DNA of 64,000 nucleotides from Octopus sinensis (taxonomy: Eukaryota). Below are positions 51,800-64,000 of the stretch, one piece after another. The notes under the pieces are model-generated. The model ran no database searches, was not told the DNA's origin, and worked only from the letters and a program-made list of their open reading frames with translations. Both the position numbers and the translations under genes were made by a program. The stretch spans positions 55,800,001 through 55,864,000 of the forward strand of contig NC_043000.1 of the NCBI RefSeq assembly GCF_006345805.1. The letters run 5' to 3'. How positions within the stretch are numbered: the first letter of the stretch is position 1; each line of letters starts with the position of its first letter.

Positions 51800-52028
51800 C
51801 CTTATTACCCACAAGGGGCTACACACAGAGGGGACAAACAAGGACAGACAAACGAATTAAGTCGATTAAGTCGACCCCAGTGCGTAACTGGTACTTATTT
51901 AATCGACCCCGAAAGGATGAAAGGCAAGGTCGACCTCGGCGGAATTTGAACTCAGAACGTAGCGGCAGACGAAATACGGCTATGCATTTCGCCCAGCCTG
52001 CTAACGTTTCTGCCTGCTCGCCGCCTTA
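51800..52028 (-). mobile_element. SINE family A, well-preserved monomer
   Basis: Near-identical to the units at 12.2-12.9 kb and 25646-25855. Confidence 0.88.
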
Positions 52029-52058
52029 TATATGCATATATAGCACTACAAACTCATG

Positions 52059-52137
<79 letters not shown>

Positions 52138-52321
52138 TAATGTAGGATAAAATTTTTCGAAAAAAATTTTTATTAATGGCGAGCATATTAAACAATACCT
52201 TTAAAGGTTAAATTTATAAACAACTTATAAATGAGGGCAAACGAAAAAGATTTCTAATGCCAAATATGCCGAAATTAGACACATTGTCCATTACCATTAT
52301 AATTTTTCACAATACGCACGC

Positions 52322-52375
<54 letters not shown>

Positions 52376-52487
52376 TATATTATACAAACATATATTATAT
52401 ATATATGTCTAAATATATATACATATATATATATATAATATATATATATATATATCTAAATATATATATATATATATATAATATATA

Positions 52488-52531
<44 letters not shown>

Positions 52532-53131
52532 GCGTGTGTAGTGTAATAAATGCATGTATACATGTATACCTGTGTGTATGATGTATGCATGTATATCTGA
52601 ATACATATATACCTGTATATAGATATCTGTGTACGCATGTACATGCATTTTAATATTTCGCTCAGGCGTTGGAAGACTAATAACCTGGTGTAGAAGTCAA
52701 CGTATGTACGTTTCAGAGCAAAGTATTTGATGGATAAAGAGCGGTAATAAGAAAAAGAGTTTACAGAAAATTCAGTGGTCATGTTACGAACTTCATTGAC
52801 TAACCACTGTTTCTGCTACAAGAAACAGTGGACTCTTATCTGAGTGCCTAAATAACATCCTTTAGCTTTCTCCGAGTCTCGAAACCTGAAGTGCAATTTA
52901 TTCCGGAAAATGAGTAAAAGTTTTGTAATACACAGGGAAGGCAATAGCGCTGAGAAAGTCATTGTATGTATATGTATATATGTGCGTATGTATGCGCGTA
53001 TGTATATATGTGCGCATGTGTGTATCTTTTATTTGTTTGTGTCAATGGACTGCGGCCATGCTGGAAAACTGCCTGGAAGTGTTTTGGTGAAACAGATCGG
53101 CCCTAGTACTCGATATTTTCTTTCTCCATTC

Positions 53132-53620
53132 TTTTACCCTGTGCGCGTAAGCGAAAGCTGGGTGTTGTAATCACTCGTTGTTTCCTATTTGTGTGTTTGC
53201 AAAATTACTGGAAAACCATTGAACGGGTTTTCACCAAATTTGGCAGAAATACTCACTGAGGGAATGGCTCGAAATGATGAAAATTTGGTCTATGTTTAAA
53301 TAGATATGCGACTCTGTGTGTGTGTATGTGTGTGTGTGATTGCGTGTCCCCGAGCGCGTGTATGTGTGTGTGCACAGTGATGGATTCGAGAGTTCTGTCT
53401 ATTTACGAGTTGATTTCTTAATTTCACCGGAGTATAAATTCATATAAGGGTGATACTTAAAAAACTTAATTCAGTTCAATTAAAAAGCATGGGTAGCAAC
53501 GCATTGTAAGCTACACTATAAGTTTATCTGTGCACATTGTAAGCCACACTATTGGTTTTTCTGCCATACTATAAGTTTATCTACGCGCAGGGTATGCATC
53601 GCCCCACCGATGCCTTTTTT
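53132..53620 (+). mobile_element. Helentron-associated (HINE/DINE-1-like) non-autonomous element
   Basis: Subterminal inverted repeats TACCCTGTGCGCGTA (53135-53149) and TACGCGCAGGGTA (53582-53594), a 3' stem-loop GCATCG-ccccac-CGATGC (53596-53613), T-runs at both ends and an internal (TG)n. Confidence 0.8.
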
Positions 53621-53851
53621 TTTTCATTTTTCTTTAGTCTGCTATTTATTTTCTCTGACCTTTTCTCCGAATCGATAATTGAAGTGGCGTTGACAAACCA
53701 ACGGCAGTTGACAAGCGGTGAGGACGAGATATATGAGCACAAAAGCACACACACATAAATGGATATATATATGGGGGGGTGTATACATATATACACACAC
53801 ATATATGCATGCACATACATATCTATGTAGCTAGGTAGATAGACATATAGG

Positions 53852-53959
<108 letters not shown>

Positions 53960-53974
53960 CAGACACACAGTATA

Positions 53975-54480
53975 ATGACTGTTGATGAGCTTTTAGATGA
54001 CTTTTAAGACCATGATTTTCCCAATCACTTTTGTTCGTATCTAGTTTCTTCAGGTTTTCTTTCACACAGTCTTTATACCTTTTCCTCGGCTTATGTTGTG
54101 GTCGCTTACCAGAGTTGAGCTCACCATTAAAAAAAACGCTTTGGCAAACGCTTGTCTTTCATTTTAATAACATGTCTAGTCCATCTCATTTGAGCCAAGA
54201 TAACATGTTCAATTGAACTGCAACGTGCCATGCGCAAAACCTCTGTAACTGATATGAAACAATCCCACTTGACTCCCAAGATACGTTTGAGGCACTTTTG
54301 AAGAAAACTCTCCAGCATTTTTGTGTGACGCTTGTAAGTGGTCCAGATCTCACTTGAATAATAAGGACAGACAATACACACGATTTGTCTGCATGGAAAT
54401 ACATCTGACAGCCCTTACTCGCTTTTCGAGCTTTCCAAATGCAACACTTCCCTTCTCTATTCCATAGCATATCTTTGTAT
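53975..54480 (-). mobile_element. RTE-type LINE 3' end
   Basis: YSSEIWTTYKRHTKMLESFLQKCLKRILGVKW...QMRWTRHVIKMKDKRLPKRFF...KENLKKL...WEN; it ends in a (GATA)n array. Confidence 0.85.
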
Positions 54481-54481
54481 C

Positions 54482-54828
54482 AAGACAACCTGGCAGTGTG
54501 CAGTATCAAAAAAAAAATCCTTGTGGGGATTTTTTTTCTCCGGCTCTGAGTTCAAATTCTGCCGAGGCCAACTTTGCTTTTCATCCACTCGGAGTCGATA
54601 AAATCAAGTACCACTCAAGTACTAAGAGCGAAAGTATCGAGTAAATCCCTTCCCTCAAACCTGCTGGCCTTGTGAAGGCACGTGTCCCTACGGTTGGGGT
54701 ATTGAACACAAAATTGTAAGATCATAGTTACGATTCCCTGACCGGGCTGTGCATTGTATTCTTGAGAAAAACGCTTCGTTTCACTTTGTTCCAGCCCACA
54801 CAGTTGCAAATGAGTTCCAGCAGTGGCT
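54482..54828. repeat. Left arm of 350-bp inverted duplication
   Basis: Reverse complement of 56896-57246 with only scattered substitutions. Confidence 0.95.
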
Positions 54829-55300
54829 TTGGTATGCTCTCAAGGACTGCAACAGGGGAATCGGAATCAGATTTCGGACATTTGGTCGTATTTTTAATTT
54901 GACCCGGTTTAACTGCAAAGCAAAACTTTCAAAATACTTGTTAAAGAATTACTTTATGTTAATGATGCTGATTTGTTGGCACACTCAGAAGGGGATATGC
55001 AGCATTTCATGGACAGATTTTCCACTGCATTTGTACATTTCAGACTCACAATTTATTTTGGGGAAAACCAAAGTAATGTTTACCTCCGTGTCAGGACAAA
55101 CATTCTGAACCAAACATGTTTGTGAATGGAACAAGTTTAGAAGGCGTTGACATCTTTGTTTACCTAGGAAATACACTGTCAAGAGACGGTTGTCTTGATG
55201 CAGAGATATACTATCGAATAGGGAAGCTAAGAGTTGCATTTGTAAAGCTCGAAGAACGAGTATGGACGGTCCAAAAGCTTGCCGCAATAAACTATAGAAA
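54829..55300 (+). mobile_element. RTE-type RT fragment (opposite orientation to its neighbours)
   Basis: GIGIRFRTFGRIFNLTRF..., LYVNDADLLAHSEGDMQHFMDRFS..., KTKVM and VDIFVYLGNTLSRDGCLDAEIYYRIGK. Confidence 0.85.
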
Positions 55301-55980
55301 CTTTTAATGTCTTTCCTGCCATAGGCTGCCTGTTCTTCCTCAGACGAATTTCTCCACCAAGTGTGTTTAAGCTTCCTGAGTTCTTTTTGTAGGTCTGCTT
55401 TCTGAGACTTGCACAATTATTCTAGCTGTACTTTTTTCTTAATGTTTGGGTTAAGAGCCTCTTCATGAGTAGATCTCTTTATTGCTAAAAAAAGCATTTA
55501 TCACCGTATCATTGGAATCAAACCAGTCTCGGTGTTGTCTACTCTTAAAATCTAACATCTCTCATCCCATTTTATATGTTCCATCACGGTAAGATTGCCA
55601 TGAACCTTCAACATGAACATTGCTGCATCTCTTCTGAAACAACTGCAAATCTTGTTCTTTTAGCTGCTCTACATCAGTTTTCTTTGGTATTCGTACACGT
55701 GCACTACGAATTTTCTTACGGATCTGTACTTGATCTTGGCCTTAACCATTTTGTGATCAGTATCACAACAGCACCTCGCAATACTCTGATACTGCACAGA
55801 CCTTGTAAGTCAGCTTTCCGAGTTAATACCAAGTCAATCATGTGACTTTGCTTTGATCTTGGGTGAATCCAGGTAACTTTGTTTCATCTTATGATGAAAA
55901 AATGTATTTCCAACAATCAACCCTAGCTCAGAGGACATTTGGAGTAGATGCAACCCATTGTTGTTCACCTTTCCTATTCC
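55300..55980 (-). mobile_element. RTE-type endonuclease/linker fragment
   Basis: NNNGLHLLQMSSELGLIVGNTFFHHK, WIHPRSKQSHMIDLVLTRK...CDTDH and ELRKLKHTWWRNSSEEEQAAY. Confidence 0.8.
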
Positions 55981-56177
55981 ATAACGCTCCATATACATAT
56001 ATATATATGTATATATATATAACAATTGAGCAGAGAAGTGAAATATGCACGACGTGTTTTCACAGTAGAAGACACTTACCTAATGTGCAACCCAATGGGA
56101 TTGAATCTGATACCACGTGGTCTTAAGGCAAGCTTCTTAGTCTTTCGCTCATTCCTACAGCAATGCAAAGATAGCTA

Positions 56178-56338
<161 letters not shown>

Positions 56339-56895
56339 TTGAGAGAAAGCGAGAAAGGTAGGAAGATGTACGCACATGCACTCAAACTACGTCGAAGAAA
56401 AAAAAACGCAAAAATTTGTCAACACTGAAACAAGACGAAGCAAATGAGGGACCAGAATTATTAATCCCAACGTTCAGTGAACTAGACTTAATTGTTATAT
56501 TTCACGCATTGTACCTCTTTGTAATGGGGTTTGGAATGATAATAAGGGAGGAGAAACAAGGAAAACATAGTAAAACGGAGAAAAATACTTTCTAGTAAAA
56601 TCCCATGGGGATTTAGTCACTCTGAATGCCATTGAGTGTATGTGTACCTCTATGTAATACATATCCATTTATATACGTTGATATATGGCTGTTTATATCA
56701 TTAATTCTTCACTTAGAAGCGCGTTATCTCTACCGGGTTTCTGATTTAGACATCATTTATTGATGACTTACGTTTCTCATGAGCCTCTGGGACTCATAAG
56801 GCTGGAGTTTCATCTGGCTTTCATTGCGTATAAGTTACTGAGATCACAACCCTTACTCCGAACAAGACGCTGGTTCACTGCAGAGTTAAGTTTAT

Positions 56896-57246
56896 AGCCA
56901 CTGCTGGAACTCATTTGCAACTGCGTGGGCTGGAACAAAGTGAAACGAAGCGTTTTTCTCAAGAATACAATGCACAGCCCGGTCAGGGAATCGTAACTCT
57001 GATCTTACAATTTTGTGTTCAATACCCCAACCGTAGGGACACGTGCCTTCACAAGACCAGCAGGTTTGAGGGAAGGGACTTACTCGATACTTTCGCTCTT
57101 AGTACTTGAGTGGTACTTGATATTATCGACTCCGAGTGGATGAAAAGCAAAGTTGGCCTCGGCAGGATTTGAACTCAGAGCCAGAGAAAAAAAATCCCCG
57201 CAAGGTTTTTTTTCTTTTTGATACTGTCACACTGCCAGGTTGTCTT
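56896..57246. repeat. Right arm of 350-bp inverted duplication (composite of SINE D and SINE A fragments)
   Basis: See the 54482 feature. Confidence 0.95.
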
Positions 57247-57937
57247 ATGCCAGAGAAGAAGGAAAAAATGTCGAATATTCGTTTTAAATTTTGGCACAAG
57301 GCCATCAACTTCGGGGGAAGATGGAAGTCGATTACATCGACTCCCAGTACTCCGCTGCTACTTATTTTGTCGACCTCGAAAGGATGAAAGGCAAAGTCGA
57401 CATCGGCGGAATTTGAACTCAGAACGTAAAGATGGACGAAATGCCGCTAAACGATTTTGCCAACTCGCCTACTTAATACTAATATTACAAATCAAAATGG
57501 CCAACGTTATGTTTGATGATTTCAGGCTGAAGCTTGCAGAGAACAATAAAATTTGCATGAATCACTGGACCCATTCCTTTCTCATCTAGATAAATATAAA
57601 ACACCATTTCATTAGGTAATAACAAACCATAGCCAAAATTTAATAGAAAATTATACTATATTAGTTTGTTTCGAGTAGTACTATTAAGTCATGAAATTTG
57701 TATTATATGTCACACTATTAGATATGGTTATAGTTTCTAAAAGTCTGAAGAGTAATACAAAATTATATTGATATGTCTTTGCTAGTATACTATAAATACT
57801 CAAAATAAGACAGAAATGTGTGCGGTGTCTGTAGGCGGCATATGTATATACGCACGTTTGTACATTGTGTGTATATACGCACCTCTGTGCATATGTATGT
57901 ATACATATATATATATGCGTGTGTGTGTGTACATATG

Positions 57938-57999
<62 letters not shown>

Positions 58000-58273
58000 T
58001 GTGTGTGTATGTGTATACAAATATACATACGTACATTTATATATCTTTATATATATATGCCTACACACACATATTTACAAATATAAAATCCTACAAGATA
58101 CAACCGTTAGCACACACACAAACACACATATATGTATATATATATATATATATGTGTGTGTGTATACCTGTTTACATATATAAATATATATATACAAAAA
58201 TATATATACAAACATATATAGATATATATACTTATATGTACATACACACATATAAACAAGCACATAACCGTCC

Positions 58274-58308
<35 letters not shown>

Positions 58309-58693
58309 GAAGCTTACATACATTATATTTACATATACATACATACATACATACATACATACATACATACATTCAAAGAAACAGACATTAATTGACATAT
58401 ACAGAACTAAAAGGTAGTACAACACTGCTTACACTTAATGCTAGCAGCTAATTTAATTTTAAAAGATAATGAAAGCAAAAATGGCGAAAAAGATGACAAC
58501 AAATAATTCAAAGAAACTGATTTGATATCATAACCGAACAAAGAACGGTACATACGTAGATGTGTGCGTGTGTGACGCGCGCGTGTGTGTATACATGAAC
58601 ATACATATACATATATATATATATATACACACACATACATATATATGTATATATATATATATGTACACACGCACACACATATATATATATATA

Positions 58694-58767
<74 letters not shown>

Positions 58768-58899
58768 TTATATATACATACGTGTGGGTGTACGCGCTCG
58801 CCCACACATGACTATGCATATGCATATGTTCCTATAAACATATATGTATGAACCTATACATAAGTGTGTGCATCTGTAGTTCGCGTCTAGAAATATCGT

Positions 58900-59800
58900 T
58901 TTGCATCCAGGAGGTACCATCGTTGATAGTTAGGAATTAGGCCGAGAGAAAGTGTTATTTACATACATACATGCATATACATTCGTGTGGAATGCAGAAA
59001 ATGTAAGCTTTATATAATATTGACACTTCTTTTTGTCAATGTTGTTGTTATCCTCTAGCTTACTAGTTATATATCCATGCATTACTCTTTGTTTGGTATG
59101 ATACCTGCTTCCCCTCCAAGCGTCTGTTTAGGTAGGCCAGTCCAGCTTCCTTAGGGTCACATATTCTCAGAGTACCTGCACAGTAGCTCTCTTACTCTGA
59201 AGATGTTGTTGCTCTAACATTCAGTGTGCATAGAATATACTCGTTTTATTCTTTGCTGTTCAGCAAGTGTCTGAATGATATATTTATGTTAGTTATGAAT
59301 GCATACAACATTCAAAGGCTGTTTGAATTGACTTTATGTTTCTACCTCCATCACAGATCCTATCGGTGTTGCTATTAATGTGGAAGCTGCTAGTAGTAGT
59401 CAGTACTTTTCTAGTTATGATGCCCATGCTAGTGTCTCTACTCATTGCAAATGAGGCTGAGTTATTAGCAAGGAGTTCGTATATACGTATATCACGACAC
59501 TTCCGCATGATATTTAGCTTAGATTGAATAAAGAAACACTTATCCGCTTTATGTGCATCTGTCCGTCAGTTCACAACTAATCTTTTGAAATACGGCAACA
59601 AGAAATAATACTGAAAGAAGGTTGGAAAGAAGGTTAAACTGTCGTCCCCAGTAGAGATCGTGGAAGATATACCATTCAGAAACTACTTGCCAACATAAAT
59701 TTGACCAGACACGCGTATCATTTGAGCACAGCTCTTGAGCTTTCTGTTTCTCCCATATTGAAAGCACTTATAAAGTCACTGAATATGATAAAAATGTGAC
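58900..59800 (-). mobile_element. Highly decayed RTE-like LINE fragment
   Basis: Weak RT-like remnants FIIFSDFISAF and DLYWGRQFNLLSNLLSVLFL (cf. FIDF.KAFD and G.RQG..LSP.LF). Confidence 0.4.
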
Positions 59801-60100
59801 GCACTCTTGGATAATCTTTTCCTTAATTTCTTCTTAGGTGAATATCATATGTTGCTCCTACAAGATTTCAAAAAGGATTTCCTCTGATATGTACATAGTG
59901 GTTAGGCTGCTATACTCACGATCGCTAGAACTTGGATACGATTCCTTGACTGAGCGGTGCTCTAGTTCTCCATTCGAACAGGGGAGAATGTTGACCAGGG
60001 CGCCTAGCCAGCGGGGTGGCTAAAACAATGTAAAAGTGCCTTGTGAACAGCGATGTGTGGCAACATCTGATAGCTTGGTCGGTCACATGATTTGTGTGTA

Positions 60101-60135
<35 letters not shown>

Positions 60136-60418
60136 GGTACGTAATTGTGCATATGTAAGCATTGAAAATGTTGATGATTACAAGTGTATATCTGAGTAAT
60201 ATATATTACTCATGTACGTAATTGTATGCGCTCGTCTACACGACTGCATGTAACCCCAAAATATACACTCGTTAAGCCTCAGTATGTTTCTGTCTGTGTG
60301 CCTGCTTGGTTGTTTTTATTCAAGCATACCTAGAAATACATACAGACGCACAACACACACACAGACACACACACATACGTACATGCATACATACATACAT
60401 ACATACATACATACTACA

Positions 60419-60497
<79 letters not shown>

Positions 60498-62510
60498 TAT
60501 CACTAGACGAGTCCTGATGGTATATTGGTCTTATAATGAATATATTTATGTTAGTTTATGAATGCATAAACACGCAAAGATAAGTAGAAATGTCAAGTTT
60601 AGTGCTAAGATATTTAGAAAGGAGAATGCGTGAATAAATGGATTTATAACAAATTAAAATTCTTGCCAATAGTTCTCGTGTCATAAATCTCAAAGGTAAT
60701 CAGAAGGAAATAAGTACCTTTATTATCTTTATTAGACTTCCTTACTATTAAGGATGAATATCAATATCAGCGGAAGCTAGACACCAGATTAGTAGAGTTT
60801 ATTGGAAATTATATTGCAGTTTGTCTGCTTGCGACAAAAATGGCACTCGACGGGCGCAAAACACGAAAGCTGTCTTGTCAAAATGCTTAGGATTATATAT
60901 TGATATGTCAGAGAGTAAATATCATTTGATGTGCGTGCATAACAAAGGTTCAACGAGGAAGCAAATCTATACTTAGGTTTTTAGTGGTTATAATGAGTGC
61001 GAGCAATTTTAGTCCAGATGAGTGTGAGAAGTTACCCGGAAGCAATTTTTCCTATTCTTTATCCAAGCAAACACATCACTAACAATTTTTTTCCCCATAG
61101 CATAGCTGAAAGAAGCGTTTAAATTTTTGGTCAAGACGCTCATGACGAGGTTGCTAGTGTAGCCAAAAGTGCACAAACTCCAATGCAGTCAATTTTTCTC
61201 CTGTTTTTGAAGGCTAGATAGCTTTAGTGAAAGTCATTTTAAATGATCACCAATCGGGACGTTCGAATAACACAAACTTTAAGTGCACCAGTACCTCTCA
61301 ATACACTGGCCATCATTGTGGAAACCGTTGATGTCGAAGGGCATCCTGTATGGGATAGCGTCTGGGAGAGCCGTGTCGGCCTTCACGGGTAATGTCACTA
61401 TAATGGTGTTGAATACAATCGTTGTCGAGATGGTCGGAACTATACAGACAGAATAGAAAATAGTAACAGAAAAACATGCATTAACGAAGACAGTTTGATG
61501 ATTCAGCAGCTTGACACCTTCAAAGTCGAATCATGGCTGTCTAGCATTCTGAGTCGTTGAACTGACATTTCTGTTCAGGTCCTAGAGGATTTTAGTGCCT
61601 GAAAATTGAAATGGAGTTACAAGGTAGCTGATAAATGACAGAAAGCTATTCATAGAATGTCATGCAGATGTGACGAACACATACATCGACTCCTGTATTA
61701 TTTTACCACTGTTTCAAGCATTGCACGGTTTTCATTGTATTTAACTAGTTCATATGTGGAGAGGGAGATACTTCCTTCCAACAAATTTCATGAAAGTTGT
61801 GAGTGTGATGAATGCTAAACATGTAAATGGATGCACTCTCAATATCTACCTATAGACTGGAGGAAGGCCTTTGCCCTCGACAGTAACGTTACATCAGGGT
61901 CTGAAGCATTTCTTGCTTGAATATAGATCGCTGTCTTTCTGTATACTGGGATGCTTTATTTGTTTTCTTCAAACTCTGTTTTATTCTACTTTTATTCAAT
62001 CTTATTAAATAAGGAATTCGATAAGATATTCAATCTTATCAAATTAATTACTGGTGGATTGGCAGTCATCAGAGCGTCAGGTAAAATATTTTGCGGTATT
62101 TCAAATCCCACTGATGTTAACTTTGCCTTTCATTCTTTCGTCTTTCGGGTTCGATAAAATGTTCAGAAATACCGAGCTAGTTAAGTCGATGGTACCCACT
62201 ATATCTCTCCTCGCAAAACTGTTGGTTTTGTGCCTGAATCTGAAACCCGGTTTCAAGTCCCGCCGGGATCAAGTTCACGTTTCAATTTTTCGTACTCGAT
62301 AAAATGAAGCACCAGTTAAGAACAGAGATTGTTGATATCGACCACAGAACTGTTTTGTATCTTATCATCAAACACCATACAAAAAGGCAGCAAGCAGACA
62401 GAATCATTTAGCACGCCGGGCAGCATACTTAACGGCATTTCGTCCGACTTTACGTTGTAAGTTCAACTTTACCCGAGGTTGACTTTGCCTTTCGCTTATT
62501 CAGAAATAGG

Positions 62511-62606
62511 CACCTGTCGTGCACTAGAGTCTATGTAATTGACACCTGTCGTGCTCTAGAGTCTATTTAATTGACATCTGTCGTGCACTAGAGTCTATGT
62601 AATTGA
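62511..62606 (+). repeat. Three tandem 32-bp units inside a SINE A tail
   Basis: CACCTGTCGTGCACTAGAGTCTATGTAATTGA at 62511, 62543 and 62575, with no spacers. Confidence 0.9.
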
Positions 62607-63171
62607 GTAGTCTTCTCCCCAGCAATTTCAGGCTTGTATGTATAGTGTAAAGGGTTATTATTATTAACATATTTTACTTTTTACAGATTTTATAGATTTA
62701 TTTTTATTATTATCAGATTTATTTATTTTACAGATTTATTATGAAGCCTGCAGTTTTTGCTTTCAATCCAGAACTCCTCAGCCGCTGATGAATTGTTACT
62801 AGGTCTACATCAGCATTTTGGCTTCGGGGAATGTATTGTCCATGCAGGGGCTTCTGGCTCCACCACTCAATTTGTTTCTGCCCGTTCTTTTTTGTAATCT
62901 GCTTGATTCCTTTTGCTTGCTTGATTTCAAGTTCCTCATCTATTATTATTATTATTATTATTATTATATTATTATTATTATTATTGTTGTTGTTGTTGTT
63001 ATTATTGTTGTTGTTGTTGTTGTTGTTTTATCATTATATTAGTATTGTTTACACGCAAAACCCTCACAACTACACACATTCAAACACATACACACACATT
63101 GTTTTTGCTTTGCGGTTAATAAAGAAATCATTATTATTATTTCTGTTATATTTCGGAATGGTCATTTTGCC

Positions 63172-63242
<71 letters not shown>

Positions 63243-63244
<2 letters not shown>

Positions 63245-63392
63245 CATAACTGAAGACAGCCACAGAAAGAAGAAAGGCCTCAGTATGGCCTGGATTGACT
63301 ACAAAAAGGCGTTTGATAGCATCCCCCACACATGGATCCTCGAAACACTAGCCATTAACAAGTAGCACCAACAATCATAAAATTCATAGAGC
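63243..63392 (+). mobile_element. R4/Dong-type RT fragment directly after (TAA)n
   Basis: NITEDSHRKKKGLSMAWIDYKKAFDSIPHTWILETLAIN; a (TAA)n array immediately precedes it (63176-63240). Confidence 0.8.
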
Positions 63393-63608
63393 GCCACAAA
63401 CAGCCAACATGATGTTGTCGAAAGAGCAGCTGCTGAGCAACAATCTTTTTTGTGCATGGCACAAAAGATTGTACAGCAGCTGACCTGGCTTCATCAAACC
63501 CAAGCCCGCAGGTGGGACTACCCACTATATACCAGACCACCACAGCAAACAGACACAGGATGGACACCGCCGGCAACAACGTACACCTCACCTCGATACT
63601 CCTACTGA
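63390..63608 (+). CDS. Probable C-terminal end of LINE ORF1 (5'-truncated)
   Basis: An open frame ...AAEQQSFLCMAQKIVQQLTWLHQTQ...SPRYSY* overlaps the ORF2 start by 49 nt. The assignment rests on position only. Confidence 0.5.
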   Translation, partial: SATNSQHDVVERAAAEQQSFLCMAQKIVQQLTWLHQTQARRWDYPLYTRPPQQTDTGWTPPATTYTSPRYSY

Positions 63609-64000
63609 ACATCAGAGGACTGCAAACACTCAGTAACAGGACAAAGATCCTGTTCCTGAGAGACTTTGTTGCATGCAATCAAGCCTTATGCATAGCACTT
63701 ACAGAAACGCACCTGAAACCGGACATAGCAGATGCGGAGTTACACATACCAAAGTATGCTGTACTACGGACCGACAGGACAGAAAGGAGTCATGGAGGTG
63801 TTGCTATGTACATCCGTGAGGACCTCACACCCCAGGTCCTCTTGCCATACTCAAACTCGGTGTGTGACACACTAATTGTACATATTAGGCAACTTGATGT
63901 AGTTGTGTGTGCTACATATCGCCCTCCAGATGCCCCAAGCCATGTGGGCAAGTTTGAAGACTGCCTTATAAAAATAGAAGAAATTCTAACCACATTAGAA
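63560..64000 (+). CDS. LINE ORF2 N-terminus, APE endonuclease (CR1/L2/Jockey-like group), runs off the window
   Basis: 147 uninterrupted codons: MDTAGNNVHLTSILLLNIRGL...CIALTETHLKPDI...LRTDRTERSHGGVAMYIREDL...ATYRPP. It is absent from the ORF track because no stop is reached. Confidence 0.9.
   Translation, partial: MDTAGNNVHLTSILLLNIRGLQTLSNRTKILFLRDFVACNQALCIALTETHLKPDIADAELHIPKYAVLRTDRTERSHGGVAMYIREDLTPQVLLPYSNSVCDTLIVHIRQLDVVVCATYRPPDAPSHVGKFEDCLIKIEEILTTLE

Noticed and set aside
52804-52831. Perfect 10-bp stem with 8-nt loop containing GAAAC
   Set aside because: There is no CUGAnGA core, and a single hairpin of this size is unremarkable in 64 kb.
61000-61800. Mariner-like N-terminal traces (DHQSGRS; TGCPSTS) on both strands
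   Set aside because: The matches are only a few residues long and I could not identify TIRs, so it is left unannotated.
62511-62606. 32-bp repeats superficially like a CRISPR array
   Set aside because: The units are contiguous with no spacers, lie inside a SINE tail, and there are no cas genes in this eukaryotic context.

Overview
AT-rich, microsatellite- and transposon-dense eukaryotic DNA. It is most likely from an octopus (coleoid cephalopod); this is inferred from the recurrent tRNA-headed SINE families and the (TA)n/(GATA)n/(CATA)n load, not from a database search. There is no rRNA, genuine tRNA or CRISPR array, and no complete host gene can be identified. Almost all ORFs in the supplied track are translations of microsatellites. 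Supported content: a decayed DD37D (maT) Tc1/mariner with TIRs, a Tc1/mariner fold-back MITE, a canonical non-autonomous Helitron, a Helentron/HINE-type element, two Penelope-like (PLE) relics, fragments of RTE and R4/Dong LINEs, the 5' part of an intact-looking CR1/L2-type ORF2 (APE endonuclease) at the right edge, and many SINE copies. Two things stand out. (1) A set of minimal type I hammerhead-ribozyme-like motifs from several unrelated repeat families, including a repeated tRNA-head + (AAT)n + hammerhead-tail element that occurs twice as an inverted pair, like a Penelope pseudo-LTR. (2) An unusually rich set of local inverted duplications (perfect 65-bp and 50-bp arms, a 350-bp arm pair, and older 0.4-0.6 kb pairs). 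A few exon-like segments with good splice sites suggest spliced transcripts on both strands between 38 and 49 kb, but they cannot be assigned to a gene.
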